From positions 124,001-188,000 of the IMG/VR virus record IMGVR_UViG_3300045974_000132: a DNA stretch of 64,000 bases, one strand, 5' to 3'. The notes below the pieces were generated by a model. It saw only the letters and a program-made list of their open reading frames with translations. It made no database searches and was not told where the DNA came from. Positions within the stretch are counted from its first letter, which is position 1. Each line of letters begins with the position of its first letter. The position numbers and the translations under genes are program-made. Below, one piece after another: positions 19,100-31,128 of this stretch.

Positions 19100-20982
19100 T
19101 TGCCACCTCTTCATCCATCGGGCAAATAGAGCAGCCCTTATTAATTAACGGACAAACTTCATAGTCACCGACTGGGTTTAGCTCATTGAGCTTTTCAGCA
19201 TCGGACTCAGCATATGCATGATCTTCATACACAGGTAGAATGCCTGCTGTACTACCTGTGTGCGTCCATGAAGCAGAGTTACACTGACATACACCTTGCT
19301 TTGGGTCTTCTTGCCAGTAGTGCGTCCATGAAGGGCCAGCATGTTTTACAATCGCATACTTTAAAGAATCCTCAGCCATTTTCTTTTCCATCCAGGAAGC
19401 CAACTAACATAAATAACTTATTAGCAGCTTGTTGAAATTGAGTTGCAGCGGTACGCAAAGCTTGCATATCTTTTAAGGAAAGTTCAGCAGGCAGTTCATC
19501 CGTGATTTCTTTTCCACTCTTTATACACCTATGCACGTTCTTAATTCTTAGTAACGCGGGTGACATTACTTATCTCCGAATTTTTGCTGAGTCAAAGAAC
19601 CCAAGATTCGATTAGCTTCAGCCGCTGCTTGAGCAGATTGAGTGGCAACCAAAGTTAGTCCATGAATATCATCAGGAGTCAAAGGGCGTTTTGATAAACG
19701 GACGGCTGTTTTCTTTGCTGCAAGTATAGACGTAACAAGCTCTACCATTGCTCGATCATTACGGGTAGCCATTTTAGTGACCCAAGACACGCATACAGTA
19801 AAAGAAAGAATTTGTCTCTCGACACTCGTTCCACATACTTACTTCATACCATATAGCGAGAGCAACTACTAAAGCAGTACCTACAATTGGGAGGACATTT
19901 TTCATTTGCGATTCCTTTGTTTGGATTTCTTAGCTGCTTTACGCTTTGCCTTAGCATCAGACTTCTTTACGTGCTTACGGTTGTTACCGAAGCGAATAGG
20001 TTGGTCATCACCGTTGAAGTCATCGTCTGAAGACTGACAAGGAGCAGTCTCGTCCTCTCCAAAGTAGTCATCTTCAGGTTCTTTATAAGCAGGCTCAGAA
20101 GTGGATTGTTCTGCCTTCTGTGCTTCTTGGTATAGTCTAGCCGACTGCGAATCAAGATTAAACCACGGTTCATTGTTCATTTTCTATTCCTACGCTTTGA
20201 CTGTTTCGCAATCTTTGCCTTACGACGTTTCAACTCAGGATCGTACCACGGCTTGTTGTTACCCCCCTCTACGTGAAGGAGTAGGTCCAAAATTAGGTAC
20301 AATCTTGCTGGGCTCATATATCTTAGTAGCCGGAAAATCATTTTCATTCCAACCACTTAAAGCAGCAGGCATCAATGAAGAAAGAATACCTGGACCCGCA
20401 CCTATAACTAATGGGCCGTTCTCTTTATTTCTTCTGGCGAGTTCTTCATCTTCAGGTAGAACTATCGTTATACCTAAGTCACGTAGATGCGTAATCTCTT
20501 CTTCAGGCATATGGTGAAGTAAATCGTGAGGCAGCATTATCGTGAGCCCTATAGCTTCTTCAATATCTGCGGCCTCTCCATCTATCGTAGCACGAAGGTG
20601 TTTCAGTATATCAAGACTGAGTTTGCTGCCCTCTTTGGGTGCATCAAAAGCAAGTAACGGATCAGAGGAAACGTTAATCATCATAGTAATCCTCAATTGT
20701 AGGAGTGCCTCGCCCTGAGCAAGGTCCAAATTCAGGCCAGCAATGAGTGCGTTTCATTTCTAACCACATTGCAGACATGCACATTTCAATAAACCAGTAT
20801 TCCCAACGGCCCCCGTACCACTTACGATACCACTTGAATCGACTAAGAGGGACACGCACTAAAGACAAACGCATCCAAGTAGGCATCGACATATTCATGC
20901 AATACAGAATCACAGCACAACACAGTTCTAGGATTACAATGGCAGCTACCGCAAGTGCGAGTGTCTTTAGCGTTTCCACGAT

Positions 20983-21378
20983 TTACACTCCGTATTTTTG
21001 CAGGTTCAGCATCACATTACTTACCATATTGGCAATGACCTTGTTGAAAATAGTATGCCCATATTTCTCACAGATTTCCTGAACAGTAGCAGAAGCGACT
21101 TGCTGACCCATACCATCCCACATACTCTGATATTCAGACTTGTTGAGTTCTGCTTTGATAAGTTCTTTAGCACGGGCTGCAATATCAGCAAGGATCAGTT
21201 CTTCCAAATCAGAAGTATAACGTTCTTCTTGGTACTGGCCGCGCTTCTTTTTCGTTGTAAATTGTTGTACTACACCATTAACTAGTTGAGTCCAATTCTC
21301 AACAGGGATTAAGGAGACAAAGTCCTTTTGAATACGGTCACGAACGAGTTCATTGATAGTTGCGGGCATGTCAGCCAT
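20983..21378 (-). CDS. hypothetical protein
   Basis: 131 aa helical ORF with AAGGAG SD. Confidence 0.65.
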   Translation of the reverse strand: MADMPATINELVRDRIQKDFVSLIPVENWTQLVNGVVQQFTTKKKRGQYQEERYTSDLEELILADIAARAKELIKAELNKSEYQSMWDGMGQQVASATVQEICEKYGHTIFNKVIANMVSNVMLNLQKYGV

Positions 21379-21408
21379 TTCATACTCCTTGTATTATTTA
21401 AGATAGAA

Positions 21409-21430
21409 TAGGAGGCCCGAAGACCTCCTA
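21409..21430 (-). terminator. terminator hairpin after porin gene
   Basis: TAGGAGG-TCTTCGGG-CCTCCTA followed by an AT-rich tract. Confidence 0.6.
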
Positions 21431-21439
21431 CGTTTTACT

Positions 21440-22075
21440 TTAGAACTTGTAAGTGTATTCGACGATCAAAGCTGTCGAATGCAACTCGTTGGTACCAAGA
21501 TCAATGAAACTCTTGTTTGCATCCCACGCAGGAACATAGCGCAACTCAAACCCATTATGCTTGTCCAGATCGAAGTTTGGGCCAATGCGAAGTTTGTTCA
21601 CGTTGTGTCCTTCACTTCCATCAATGCTGCGAACAACACGGTAGGCAGTAGTGAAACTCCACTGATCGTTAAACGAGTATTTGATACCCGGTTCCCAATA
21701 CAGATAGTTGAAGTTCTTTTCACTGTTTGCTGAATGCCCGATCAATACACGAAAGTAACCACTGAAGCTATCGCTGATCTTGAAGTCCTTGCGAACTCGA
21801 ACACCGACTTTAGTTTCAGTTGCCGTGCTACCGTGACTGTCTTGGTTGCCCTCAAGATACAGTTCATAGCGGTTGATGAAACACTCTTTGCACTGGATGC
21901 CAGGAATAATAGAGAAGGCGTCATTGACAACAGTGCTACCGTGTGACTTCTCATGTTCATACTCGAAACCAACGCGCGGGGTGTATTCCGCTGCGCCTGC
22001 CGGAGAAGCAAAGCTCCAGAGAAAGGCGATTATGAAGAGGATGGTGAGAAGTAAACCTTGTAAAAATTTAATCAT
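21440..22075 (-). CDS. outer-membrane beta-barrel protein (KdgM-like small porin candidate)
   Basis: Signal peptide, alternating amphipathic strands, C-terminal VEYTYKF Bam signal. Confidence 0.8.
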   Translation of the reverse strand: MIKFLQGLLLTILFIIAFLWSFASPAGAAEYTPRVGFEYEHEKSHGSTVVNDAFSIIPGIQCKECFINRYELYLEGNQDSHGSTATETKVGVRVRKDFKISDSFSGYFRVLIGHSANSEKNFNYLYWEPGIKYSFNDQWSFTTAYRVVRSIDGSEGHNVNKLRIGPNFDLDKHNGFELRYVPAWDANKSFIDLGTNELHSTALIVEYTYKF

Positions 22076-23103
22076 AGTGACACCTTGACGAAAGTAACAC
22101 AGAAAGCTATCAGTGTAATGAACAGTCCCCAGCTAGTTAAAACAGCCATGTAAGTCTTAACAGGAGTACCGAAGTAGCGATTACCGATTGCTACACACTT
22201 ATGAGTAGGACTAATCAAATACCCAGCAAAGTCCACTGCGAAAAACCATAGGAAGTATTCAATGCCAAACACTTGACTGAGCATTACTGCAATGGCTGCA
22301 AACTTACCGCTGCTGCCCATTGCGAATGAAGCCCAGAAGCTCAAGAGTGATACCCATGCGATAGCTTTAAAACTGCTACCGTCTGTTGAAGCAGACCTCA
22401 CCAATGTTTCAACCTCTGCACTATGTGCCTTCACGAAGTTACCGAAGATCATAACGCAAGCAACTACAAGAAGAACTTGGAAGTTTACATAGGTGAAGAG
22501 CTTTGAATGGGCCCACTGCTGTGTCAAGAACATGTAGTACAGAGCTAACGTCCCGAAGCACCATACATGATCTACACCGTATATGTAAGCCCCGATAGCA
22601 GCAACCATTGGGAATACATTACGGATGACATTCGACAAGTTTACCTTCATTGGCGTGATTGCTATCTGCTCATCCTTGATCGTCGTCCAGATATAGACAA
22701 AGATGAAGAAAAAGCTTGCAATCAATAACGGCCAAATAACTCCCAGCCATTGCCAATACGACAACCCAAATGCAGCGATTGGTAGAATGACAGTCTTCTC
22801 AAGCGGCGACCACATGTAGTAGTGGTGAGTCGCAAGATAATCGACAATGCCAAACTTAGCACGATGTTCACCATCTTTGGGAGCAACCGTATCAAGCAAA
22901 CCTGCTGACACAGTTACACGACCTTCGATAGGTAGAACACCACCGATTGCACTGAGTAGAACAACTACAAATTTGTTACTGCGGAATACACTCTTAACAT
23001 AGGCGTAAGCAGGGGCGAAGAGTGCGTACTCTTTTGCTAGTCCGGCAACGATCATAATGAAGAAGATCATCCACAAGTAGGACAAGTCTTTCAGTAAATA
23101 CAT
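22072..23103 (-). CDS. multi-pass inner-membrane permease (DUF401/ion-transporter superfamily-like)
   Basis: About 10 hydrophobic segments, GGVLPIEGR, HHYYMWSPLE and SPTHKC motifs; overlaps the porin start. Confidence 0.75.
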   Translation of the reverse strand: MYLLKDLSYLWMIFFIMIVAGLAKEYALFAPAYAYVKSVFRSNKFVVVLLSAIGGVLPIEGRVTVSAGLLDTVAPKDGEHRAKFGIVDYLATHHYYMWSPLEKTVILPIAAFGLSYWQWLGVIWPLLIASFFFIFVYIWTTIKDEQIAITPMKVNLSNVIRNVFPMVAAIGAYIYGVDHVWCFGTLALYYMFLTQQWAHSKLFTYVNFQVLLVVACVMIFGNFVKAHSAEVETLVRSASTDGSSFKAIAWVSLLSFWASFAMGSSGKFAAIAVMLSQVFGIEYFLWFFAVDFAGYLISPTHKCVAIGNRYFGTPVKTYMAVLTSWGLFITLIAFCVTFVKVSL

Positions 23104-24277
23104 TTTGTTTCCTTGAGAGTTGAAACGGTTATTTGTTCATGCTAGTTTTTCCTTTGAGTCCTTTGGTTGAGTTGAGAATTAGGTAGTCAAGTCTCGGTCT
23201 ATAGCTGCACGGTCGGCGGCGGTAAGCGGACTGACTTTGCAATGATCGTAGTCAACAGACCAACCTTGGTAGTGCTGAACTACTTGCGATAGCAATCGTT
23301 GCCAGTTACCGTCAGTGCAGCCGTACGCTTTCGCTAGTTGCGTAACAGCAGATTGGCTTGAGTAGTTTGGTGCAGAGTCTTTAGCCCACTCGTTGAGTGT
23401 TCCAGTTCTCCACATGCCACGAATTTCATCTTCGTTGTACGAGCAAGCCAAGAAGTCCTGCGATATGTCACCAAGGAGTTCGCACAGGTGAATTTCCTCA
23501 CCAGACTCGGAAATGTAAGGCGTTAGCATACTTCAACTCCAGTTAAGCAGAAACGTATTTAACTACGTCGCCTGAAATGCAATCATGTTCAATGCAGGTA
23601 TTGACCAATGTATATCCGTGACGCTGCAAGAGTTCCTGAATGTCGTAATACGTCGATTCATTTTCCTTAGTTGTGTTGTCATCTGTATCGTAACGGAGAT
23701 ACATTGTACCGTCTAGGATGCACACGTGGCCTTCGAGATAGGTACCTGCAACTCGTTCGCGGATGTCAGCGAAAGACTTTTCCAATGAATCTACAAGAAA
23801 AGCCGCGATGTGTGTTACTTTGCGTTTTTTAATCATCTTTGACCAACATGGAAGTTTGTATTTCAGAAATCGGGAGTAGCAACCAGTAGGCTCGGGATTC
23901 ATATTCATATTGGGCTCTTCCCAATACTTTGCCATCTGACGCGGAGACATGCACAGTTCTTTTTTCTGTTGAATGCAAGCGGCCACATAGTGAAACTGGT
24001 AGCCACGTGCAGCAGAGAAATCACGCTTGCTTCGTTTGTTTCGGTGCATTAAGACTCTCCAAGAAAGACATTGCTTCATGAACTTCGTGAAGGTTGTTTG
24101 GATTTACATCGCGCCAAGCTTCCATACCACAGACTTTCCAGTCTTTATCAAGCCCATGGACTGTAAGCTGCTCTCTACGGATCTGTATAACAGCAAAGGC
24201 TTTAAACAACCAACGTTTCCGAGTGAGGCGTACTTTTACAATAGCCCCTGACTTATAGTAGTTTGGTATTTGAGCCA

Positions 24278-24832
24278 TTATTTCTTTTCTTTCAACAACT
24301 TCAAAGCTTCGTGGATTGAATCATCCGACCAGTCCTTAAGACAGTCGTTCAAAATGACTTCGAGTTTCTTTTCACGTTCTTCTGCTTCAACAAGGCGACG
24401 AGACAGCCAACGAATACGATCTTTGACAGCCGTCATCCAAGCGATTGGCGAAAAAGCTTTACCGTCAATGATTGATTGAATCGGTGGGCGTACATCATAG
24501 TTCATGAAGGCGCCATTAGCTAGTTCATCGTCTGTAAGCTTACCCATGCAGAGCTTGGCACGTTCGCAATCATATGATGAACCATGTGGATCAGGCTCGC
24601 CATTCAAACGCCATTCAGCAGCAGGTGTAGATTCAATACAATTTGCATCGGGTTGTTCAGCGTGTGCTGCTTCCGCTTCCAACCGTTTACGCATGTTGTG
24701 GCTCAGACCGTCAGCGTTTGGTAAAGCACAGTCATCAACGATCTTGCAATACTTGCAGTTCCACGTATCGGAAGCTGGGCAATCTTTAGGTGGCTGGGCA
24801 TGTACATCGACAGCTATTTTAGGTTGTGTCAT
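24278..24832 (-). CDS. hypothetical phage protein
   Basis: 184 aa; GEPDPHG...LTDDELAN...AVKDRIRWLSR. Confidence 0.65.
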   Translation of the reverse strand: MTQPKIAVDVHAQPPKDCPASDTWNCKYCKIVDDCALPNADGLSHNMRKRLEAEAAHAEQPDANCIESTPAAEWRLNGEPDPHGSSYDCERAKLCMGKLTDDELANGAFMNYDVRPPIQSIIDGKAFSPIAWMTAVKDRIRWLSRRLVEAEEREKKLEVILNDCLKDWSDDSIHEALKLLKEKK

Positions 24833-25371
24833 TTTAGGTTGTCAATCATCATTGGGTTGTGGGAGTCGGCATTCACAAAATTTAGTAAGGGGTTCACCGT
24901 CTGGCCAAGTCTTTCCAGAAGATTCAAGTAAGCCACCGTAGTCTAAACAAATATTGCACTTGTATTCTTTTCCTTCTTCACGCGCAATAAAAGGAACATA
25001 TTCAGCTTCAGAGTCAGGCATAGAAAACTCCTTATTGTATAATGTATATTTACATTTTTAAAAAGCAAAAGGGAAAGGGCCACGAGAATAAACCCGCAGC
25101 CCTTGTTTTAGTACAACCCGTCTTCTATCTGTTTCTCAATTGCTATCGCGGCATTCTTATTTACCTGCCGTCGCAAAAACCTGACTTCTTCAATCCAGCC
25201 GTCACTACTGTTATCACGACGATAGTTTTTATACGCGTCTTCCAGTTCGTGATACTTAGCTTTCCAGTAGGTTGCCCGAATCGTATTAACTCCAAACAGG
25301 GCAAGCACTATAAGGAAGACCAAAGAAAGCATGTCAGGTTCTATTACTAGCATTTAAATCTCCAGATAAGG

Positions 25372-26436
25372 TTAGTCAGTGTATTTCCAATAGTACGGCA
25401 GCCAAGAACGATCCCTAGTGTATAGGTTTAAACGAGAACTATCTTCAAGCACCAGCTTTGGATACTTGTAGTCATTCTTGATGTTGGCGACAAAGTCATC
25501 ATCGACTTCTCGTATAAAAGTACCGAGGTGCTGCTCACCTTCTAGGGTATCAAAGCGTACTTCCAACTTACGACCTTCGTCTGGATAACGATCACTACTC
25601 CAATTCCACTCAGGGATGTCTGCTAATGATATGCGGACATACACTTGAGCACCTGGTTGCAACCAAGAAGCTTTCGATGCAGGTGCTGTCTTGCTAATAT
25701 CCATTGAGAAGAAAGCACTCGGCGTTGAATCCGAGAAGCACTTATTCTCACTATCTGGGCGTGAAGAATATACTGCACCCATTTCAACACGAACAGAGCT
25801 ACCGACATCCTTGATAGCATTGATGTTCATCTTGCAACGAAGGGTACCAATGTCCATGCTATCTTTTAGTGAGCCTTTCTCATGGAAGGGCCCAACCATT
25901 CCTTTATCTTTCAGGTCATCTATGATCTTTGTGACAACCTTACTAGTTTCTGCTTCCTGCTCTTGGTCTTTCCTATATTGGCGTTTCGCTTCATCCAAGT
26001 TAGATTCGCAGTTATAGCACCACAGTTTGTTCAGACAGCTTATTACACCTTTAGTGCAGGGCTTACCGCAGTTTGAACATAAAGGGAAAGCTAAAGGTTT
26101 ACTGCTAACGGCGGCCCGGAACTCGTCTAAAGACCATTGCTTTTGCCATTTAAGCAAAAGCTTGGCTACTTGAATACCTAAGTCATATTCGTCTTGAGAC
26201 TCAAGGCTTTCCAATTCAAGGTTTTCATATATAATTCTGGCAGTATGCACATCAGAACTGCCGTAGCCTTTAATAGTACCATGAACAACTTGAATCAAGG
26301 GATTGAAAATAGATTCCATTTTTACTACTCCTATGTCGATTAAAAGGCATAGGCTTTTGTGTTTCAGTGTTACGGCCTTGCAACTGTCGCAAAGTACAAC
26401 AGTTTGAGCGACTTCCTTGCTCAAGAAGTCCGACAA
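25372..26436 (-). CDS. hypothetical protein with Cys motifs
   Basis: Long ORF, probable start near 26319. Confidence 0.6.
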   Translation of the reverse strand: MSDFLSKEVAQTVVLCDSCKAVTLKHKSLCLLIDIGVVKMESIFNPLIQVVHGTIKGYGSSDVHTARIIYENLELESLESQDEYDLGIQVAKLLLKWQKQWSLDEFRAAVSSKPLAFPLCSNCGKPCTKGVISCLNKLWCYNCESNLDEAKRQYRKDQEQEAETSKVVTKIIDDLKDKGMVGPFHEKGSLKDSMDIGTLRCKMNINAIKDVGSSVRVEMGAVYSSRPDSENKCFSDSTPSAFFSMDISKTAPASKASWLQPGAQVYVRISLADIPEWNWSSDRYPDEGRKLEVRFDTLEGEQHLGTFIREVDDDFVANIKNDYKYPKLVLEDSSRLNLYTRDRSWLPYYWKYTD

Positions 26437-26437
26437 A

Positions 26438-26728
26438 CTATTTTATATAGAACAGCTTACCGAAGTTGGCAATGTTCAAAGCTTTAAGAACGTCGCCTTT
26501 AGCATTAATCAACCTGATATTAACTCCAGGGAATCGGTCACGCGCTATTAAGATCATTCCTAAAGCGGAACTATCTAAATAGGTACATTCTGTTAGGTCT
26601 AAGTCTAAGGTAGTGCAACCAATTAATTTTAAAAGATTGGTTCTAAAATCATTATGGCAATTAAAGGTAAATCTACCTTCAGTGTATAAGGTAGCTGATC
26701 TACCCTCAAAACGAGTACGAAATTGCAT
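26438..26728 (-). CDS. STAS domain anti-sigma-factor antagonist
   Basis: LDLTECTYLDSSALGMIL with the phosphorylatable Ser; LNIANFGKLF. Confidence 0.88.
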   Translation of the reverse strand: MQFRTRFEGRSATLYTEGRFTFNCHNDFRTNLLKLIGCTTLDLDLTECTYLDSSALGMILIARDRFPGVNIRLINAKGDVLKALNIANFGKLFYIK

Positions 26729-26793
26729 GATACTTCCCCTTTATTGTTCTTAAGGCTAAATTAGTATCATGCAAATGTCGCGGTCTTGTACGT

Positions 26794-27186
26794 TTAGGAA
26801 GCTACATGGATTACCAGGTAGTTAATCACATCCTGGCAGGTCTTCCAACCCATTGCTGTGTCATCGTCAACTTCAATATCGAAAGTCTCTTCAATGTCCA
26901 TCAGCATTTCAATCTGATCTAAAGAGTCGGCACCTAGTGAATCAAAGGTCGCATCCAGCTTTAAGTCAGTAGTGCCCATCCATTCCTTTGCACAACGTTT
27001 GAGTTCAGTAAAGAGGCGCTCCTTCTTTATTTCAAACTCTTCAATACCTACGGGTGCAACAGAAGGGTCTTCAGCAACTTCGTATTTGGGTTTTTGTTCT
27101 TCTTTCTTGCCCCAAATACGTTCATAGCCCTCGCGGGAGGCATCATTAGCAGCTTTGGAATGTATTGTCATTTCTGGTTGTACCAT
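26794..27186 (-). CDS. acyl carrier protein with N-terminal extension
   Basis: LGADSLDQIEMLMDIEETFDIEVDD; phosphopantetheine Ser in DSL. Confidence 0.85.
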   Translation of the reverse strand: MVQPEMTIHSKAANDASREGYERIWGKKEEQKPKYEVAEDPSVAPVGIEEFEIKKERLFTELKRCAKEWMGTTDLKLDATFDSLGADSLDQIEMLMDIEETFDIEVDDDTAMGWKTCQDVINYLVIHVAS

Positions 27187-27392
27187 TTAGAACGAAGTAA
27201 AACGGCTGCATTGAAATTGCTAAGGCAGTTGGCCATGTAGTCAGCAAGAATGAAGTCAGGAGTATTGCTACCGTTCTCTTTAGAGTAACGGTTTATCAAA
27301 CTTTGAAGTTCCTTTTCAAAGCCGGGTCTTTCATCTTGCGTTACAAGTTGGAGATCAAGATTTTCATCATTTGCGTCAGCAGGTACACTCAT
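27168..27392 (-). CDS. small helical phage protein (ENGSNTPDFILA motif)
   Basis: 74 aa ORF with AGGAG SD. Confidence 0.65.
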   Translation of the reverse strand: MSVPADANDENLDLQLVTQDERPGFEKELQSLINRYSKENGSNTPDFILADYMANCLSNFNAAVLLRSKWYNQK

Positions 27393-28090
27393 GTAATACT
27401 CCTTTATTTCCTACCTATTAAAGTAAGATCCATATCGTCAGAGAGGTATTGGTAGGCACTTTTGTGAGCAACTACTGCAACCCGCTTGCGCTTCTTAGAA
27501 ATCTCTATCTGGGCAATCCGTTCGCGCTCTTCCATTTCAGCAGACATACGCTTTGCTACACGCAGTTCCGTCCTAGTGAAGCCTACGTCCATTGTAATGA
27601 GACTTTTAATCTCACGAGTTTCACGGACATAATGTTTTAGATTCAAAACACACCCGGGAGAGGGCTTTGCGGATTCATTAGATTTAGATGCAGAGACTCT
27701 ACCTGTTACGGTGCCTTCAATTGAGAAGCCACCTACTAAAGACTTCAACCTCAAAGCGTTTGCTTTCAACCGTTCTGCTTCGCGTTCAGCGTATGCTTGG
27801 TTTTCAATTCGTTGTCTATCAGCCCGCAACTGGCGTTTCGATTTGATTTTCGACATCAGAGCAATGTACCTGTAGAATACCATCTGACATAAAAGGAAGT
27901 GAGTCAGCCTTAAACATATATCGGCCGTCTGTTGTTGTATATAGCGCCTCATTATCGTACAGCTTAAATACATCCCCGATATGGATTGCTTCAAACGAAC
28001 AGGGAAACCATTTATCCCCTATTAGCTTTTTAACGCGACGACCACTACTTGTTTTTACGGCTTTCTCACTTGTAAACATGTTGCTGTCCT

Positions 28091-28492
28091 TTAGACTACA
28101 AAACCGTTTTCAAATACAGCCTTCAGCTTTTCGCTGATACACTCTTGACCAGGAAGCAGCTTAAACAGGACTGTATGGCCGTTAACAAAGTATTGTGCTG
28201 CACGAAAACGACCCTCAATCTTGTCAAAGCGTTCATTGTCATGACACCAAGCGATGGACACTTCAAGCATTCGAGCATAGGGCTTCTCCGGCATTTGCCA
28301 GCAGACAACAGCCCCACCGAATTGATACGGTTGCTCCGAGTCTTCATCAAAATTTCGGATGTACGTGAATTCAAGGGCATGATCTGCAACCATTGTCTTC
28401 AGTTCATCATGGCGTTGCTTGCGCTCACGCCGAGCTTGTTCCTTTTTGGCAATCTTTTCAGTCAAAACAGCATTATCCAGCATCAAAGACAT
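28091..28492 (-). CDS. hypothetical protein
   Basis: 133 aa ORF with AAGGAG SD. Confidence 0.65.
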   Translation of the reverse strand: MSLMLDNAVLTEKIAKKEQARRERKQRHDELKTMVADHALEFTYIRNFDEDSEQPYQFGGAVVCWQMPEKPYARMLEVSIAWCHDNERFDKIEGRFRAAQYFVNGHTVLFKLLPGQECISEKLKAVFENGFVV

Positions 28493-29592
28493 GTGATACT
28501 CCTTGGTTGATCGTCGTTTGTGTTATTTAGTTTTTACAGTTTCTTCATCAAGCATCCCCAACCAGCGTAGCGTTTTCAGATGCTGATTCCATAGAGCGGC
28601 CATCGGAGGGTTAACATACGTTCCCCGCATGTGATGCTGTGTCAAGTTACGACCACTCTGCATTTCTTCAAAAGCAATTCGTGCAGTTGCAATTGTTATC
28701 TTCGTAGGAAGAGTACGAAGGGAATTGTCATTGTGACAAACTGGACAACTACCTTGTATAGATGAATAGGTCATCCTCCTCCTCGTCATCATCAATATCA
28801 GGGAGCTCGATCTTGCTGTAAGGGCCGCAGTTGCTCTCGTACATCACCCCATTGATTTCTACCTTCAAACCCATTTCAACAAGCAAGTCCCGCAATAGCG
28901 TATTGATAGTACCGTCGGGCTTACGAAGCTTCTCCATGTAATTAGGATATAGCTCCTGAGCTTGGTCTATTATAATAATATTACCTTGAACTGAAATACG
29001 CATAATCAAAGCTCCTTATAGACTGGCACACTCATTGAGCATTGTATTAAAGCCTAGCTCTGTTATGTGCCATAACTTAGGTCTTACCTTACCTTTAGCA
29101 GGGCCACGTATATGATAGCAGAAACCTTTACATTCAAGTTGCTGCAACATACTACCTATCACATGAGCAGGTGTAAAAACAGAAGCGTGTCTAAACCCAG
29201 ATACAACACCAGGCACAAGCTTGTTAGCTAGGTTTGGGCCCTCTGCTAAATTCGAGAGTAGCTTAATTTGCTTTGGTGTCATTAGGAGGAACCTCACCAC
29301 ATACAACTATACCATCAACGATAACAGTAAGCTTGATTGTGCCGTATTCGCTGGCTAGAAGTTCATCCTTACCATCCCAGCGATTCCAAAGTTCCCAGCC
29401 ACCCATACGAGTGCAAGTAAGCATAAGGCCATAACTAACATCGAACAGTCGATAGCGATTACCGCCAAACTCCACTTCCACATCATGGTAGCTGCGTACT
29501 TGAGGAATAACTTTAGGGACATCCGACATGCTAGTCTCCGAACGTGACAATAGGCGCTTCGGCGCCTACTAAGTTTTAAATACTTCAGTAAT

Positions 29593-29677
29593 TGGTGCCC
29601 AGGAAGGGACTCGAACCCTTACACCTTTCGATACCAGAACCTAAATCTGGCGCTTCTACCAATTTAGCCACCTGGGC
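29593..29677 (-). tRNA. tRNA-Leu(UAG)
   Basis: Cloverleaf GCCCAGG/CCTGGGC, loop TTTAGGT, long variable arm, TTCGAGT, ACCA. Confidence 0.95.
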
Positions 29678-29683
29678 ATTGAT

Positions 29684-29856
29684 GCTGATGTTGGGCGCTA
29701 CTCCAACTCCGGTACTCCACGTCAGTTACAGTGTCCTTCGGGTGTTCGACGCTTCGCCAACACATACGTGCCGCTACTGGTGGTCTACAATGTGCCCTTC
29801 GCTGCTTACTGCTCCGGCCTTGTTCTCTGACAGGTCTGCTTTCCCTGTAGATCAGC
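29684..29856 (-). ncRNA. putative structured ncRNA immediately upstream of tRNA-Leu
   Basis: Intergenic, closed by GCTGAT/ATCAGC, with internal hairpins and a T-arm-like GTTGG-AGTAGCGC-CCAAC. Confidence 0.45.
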
Positions 29857-29865
29857 TAAACTATT

Positions 29866-30120
29866 TTACTTTCCAAACAAACGATCATGCAGCTTTATAG
29901 AGATATACATACCTATAGCAGCACCCGTGCCACAGTAGGGTATCAGTACCCATCCGTCTCGCACAATCAAACCTACTAGCCAAACATCAGCACAAGCCAT
30001 AAAGTAGGATGTAATAACAATAGAAGCCATCTTGTTTGCTATTACGTTTTTGTGCTGAAAGCCTTTGAGGAAGACAGAAGCAAATGTCGCCAATGCTGCC
30101 AGCAAATAACTTGTACTCAT
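29866..30120 (-). CDS. small membrane protein
   Basis: Three hydrophobic segments. Confidence 0.65.
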   Translation of the reverse strand: MSTSYLLAALATFASVFLKGFQHKNVIANKMASIVITSYFMACADVWLVGLIVRDGWVLIPYCGTGAAIGMYISIKLHDRLFGK

Positions 30121-30395
30121 ATTAAACACAGATGATCGTAAGATTGCCGACGATCATACTTTCGGAATTCTAAATTGAAGCCGTCTGTTACAGGAGTAGG
30201 TGTTTTAGGGTACTCGGCATCCGGTGACAAAATCCGTCGCATTAAACCAGGCATGTTCATATGCACCTTCATACACTCTGCAAATATATCAACAGCTGGG
30301 TACTTTTTGTACAGACGATCAACGAAAGCACGATAGCTTTTACTTTTGTACCGTTTCTTGTTCCGGGTCTTGTGCGTTTTCATTATATTCTCATT

Positions 30396-30534
30396 AGTGA
30401 AAGGGATACACGATTCCCCTAAGTCCCTGCTTTCCATCGTGCTACCTCGCAGCGATACCGAGGAGGTTATGCAGGGTGCTTTGCGTTTAGGATTTAACCC
30501 TACTTCCACCGACTTATCTGAGCAGAATTTCACT
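30396..30534 (-). ncRNA. putative structured RNA / leader
   Basis: Nested stems AGTGAAA/TTTCACT, AAGTC/GACTT, CCCTGC/GCAGGG, ACCTC/GAGGT; downstream gene probably starts at 30383. Confidence 0.4.
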
Positions 30535-30593
30535 GCATTGTTTCAGCGTTACGGTGCGATGTGGCGTCTACGGCCCTAAACTTATTGCATTGG

Positions 30594-30974
30594 TCAATCA
30601 ATGATCTGCCAAATCTTACCTTGTGCACGGATTTCAGATACCGTGTCCAGCGAGACTGTACGATATTGAGCCAACTTAATATCGAACACTGTCAAGTACG
30701 GACGTTCGTCTTTCTCAACATTGTTTTGACCGCCCTTTAAGAAAGCCTTGACTCCAAGGCGACCTGTGAGGGTGCGCTTCTCTCCACTAAGCTTGATATA
30801 GTCCACAGAAACGAACAAGCCGTTCTGACGAACAATGAAAGTGCGAAGATTGACACGATTAAGCTGTTTGACCTCTTTCGGCATCTTCTTGGAAGCTTTA
30901 GGCTTGTGGCTGTTAGCGACTGAAGTGGACACCGAAAGATTTTGAGCAGTAGTAAAAGCAGATTGAACTTGCAT
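30594..30974 (-). CDS. SH3/Sm-like beta-barrel protein (DUF2693/WYL-like)
   Basis: VDYIKLSGEKRTLTGRLGV...VFDIKLAQYRTV pattern. Confidence 0.6.
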   Translation of the reverse strand: MQVQSAFTTAQNLSVSTSVANSHKPKASKKMPKEVKQLNRVNLRTFIVRQNGLFVSVDYIKLSGEKRTLTGRLGVKAFLKGGQNNVEKDERPYLTVFDIKLAQYRTVSLDTVSEIRAQGKIWQIID

Positions 30975-31128
30975 GATATTTCTCCGAAAAGTAGTTGCAT
31001 GTGAAAGTAATCGGGACACCCCAACTACTAGCGATCAACCTGCTACAGTTGACCCGCCGTAAGCCTCGTCACACATAACAACCTATCTAGCAAATCTCTA
31101 CTACTGGCTACAAAACTTGTTTACAGTT

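Noticed and set aside
29592-29900. ORFs overlapping tRNA or RNA modules (also 34330-34515 and the N-terminal extensions of 33647, 35434 and 30117)
   Set aside because: They translate tRNA/ncRNA sequence; better SD-linked starts lie downstream
30396-30534. c-di-GMP-I riboswitch (ACGCAAAGC core and three-way junction)
   Set aside because: No GNRA loop on P2, no GGCAAA 5' element and no matching 3' GUUACC-like strand; kept only as a generic structured RNA
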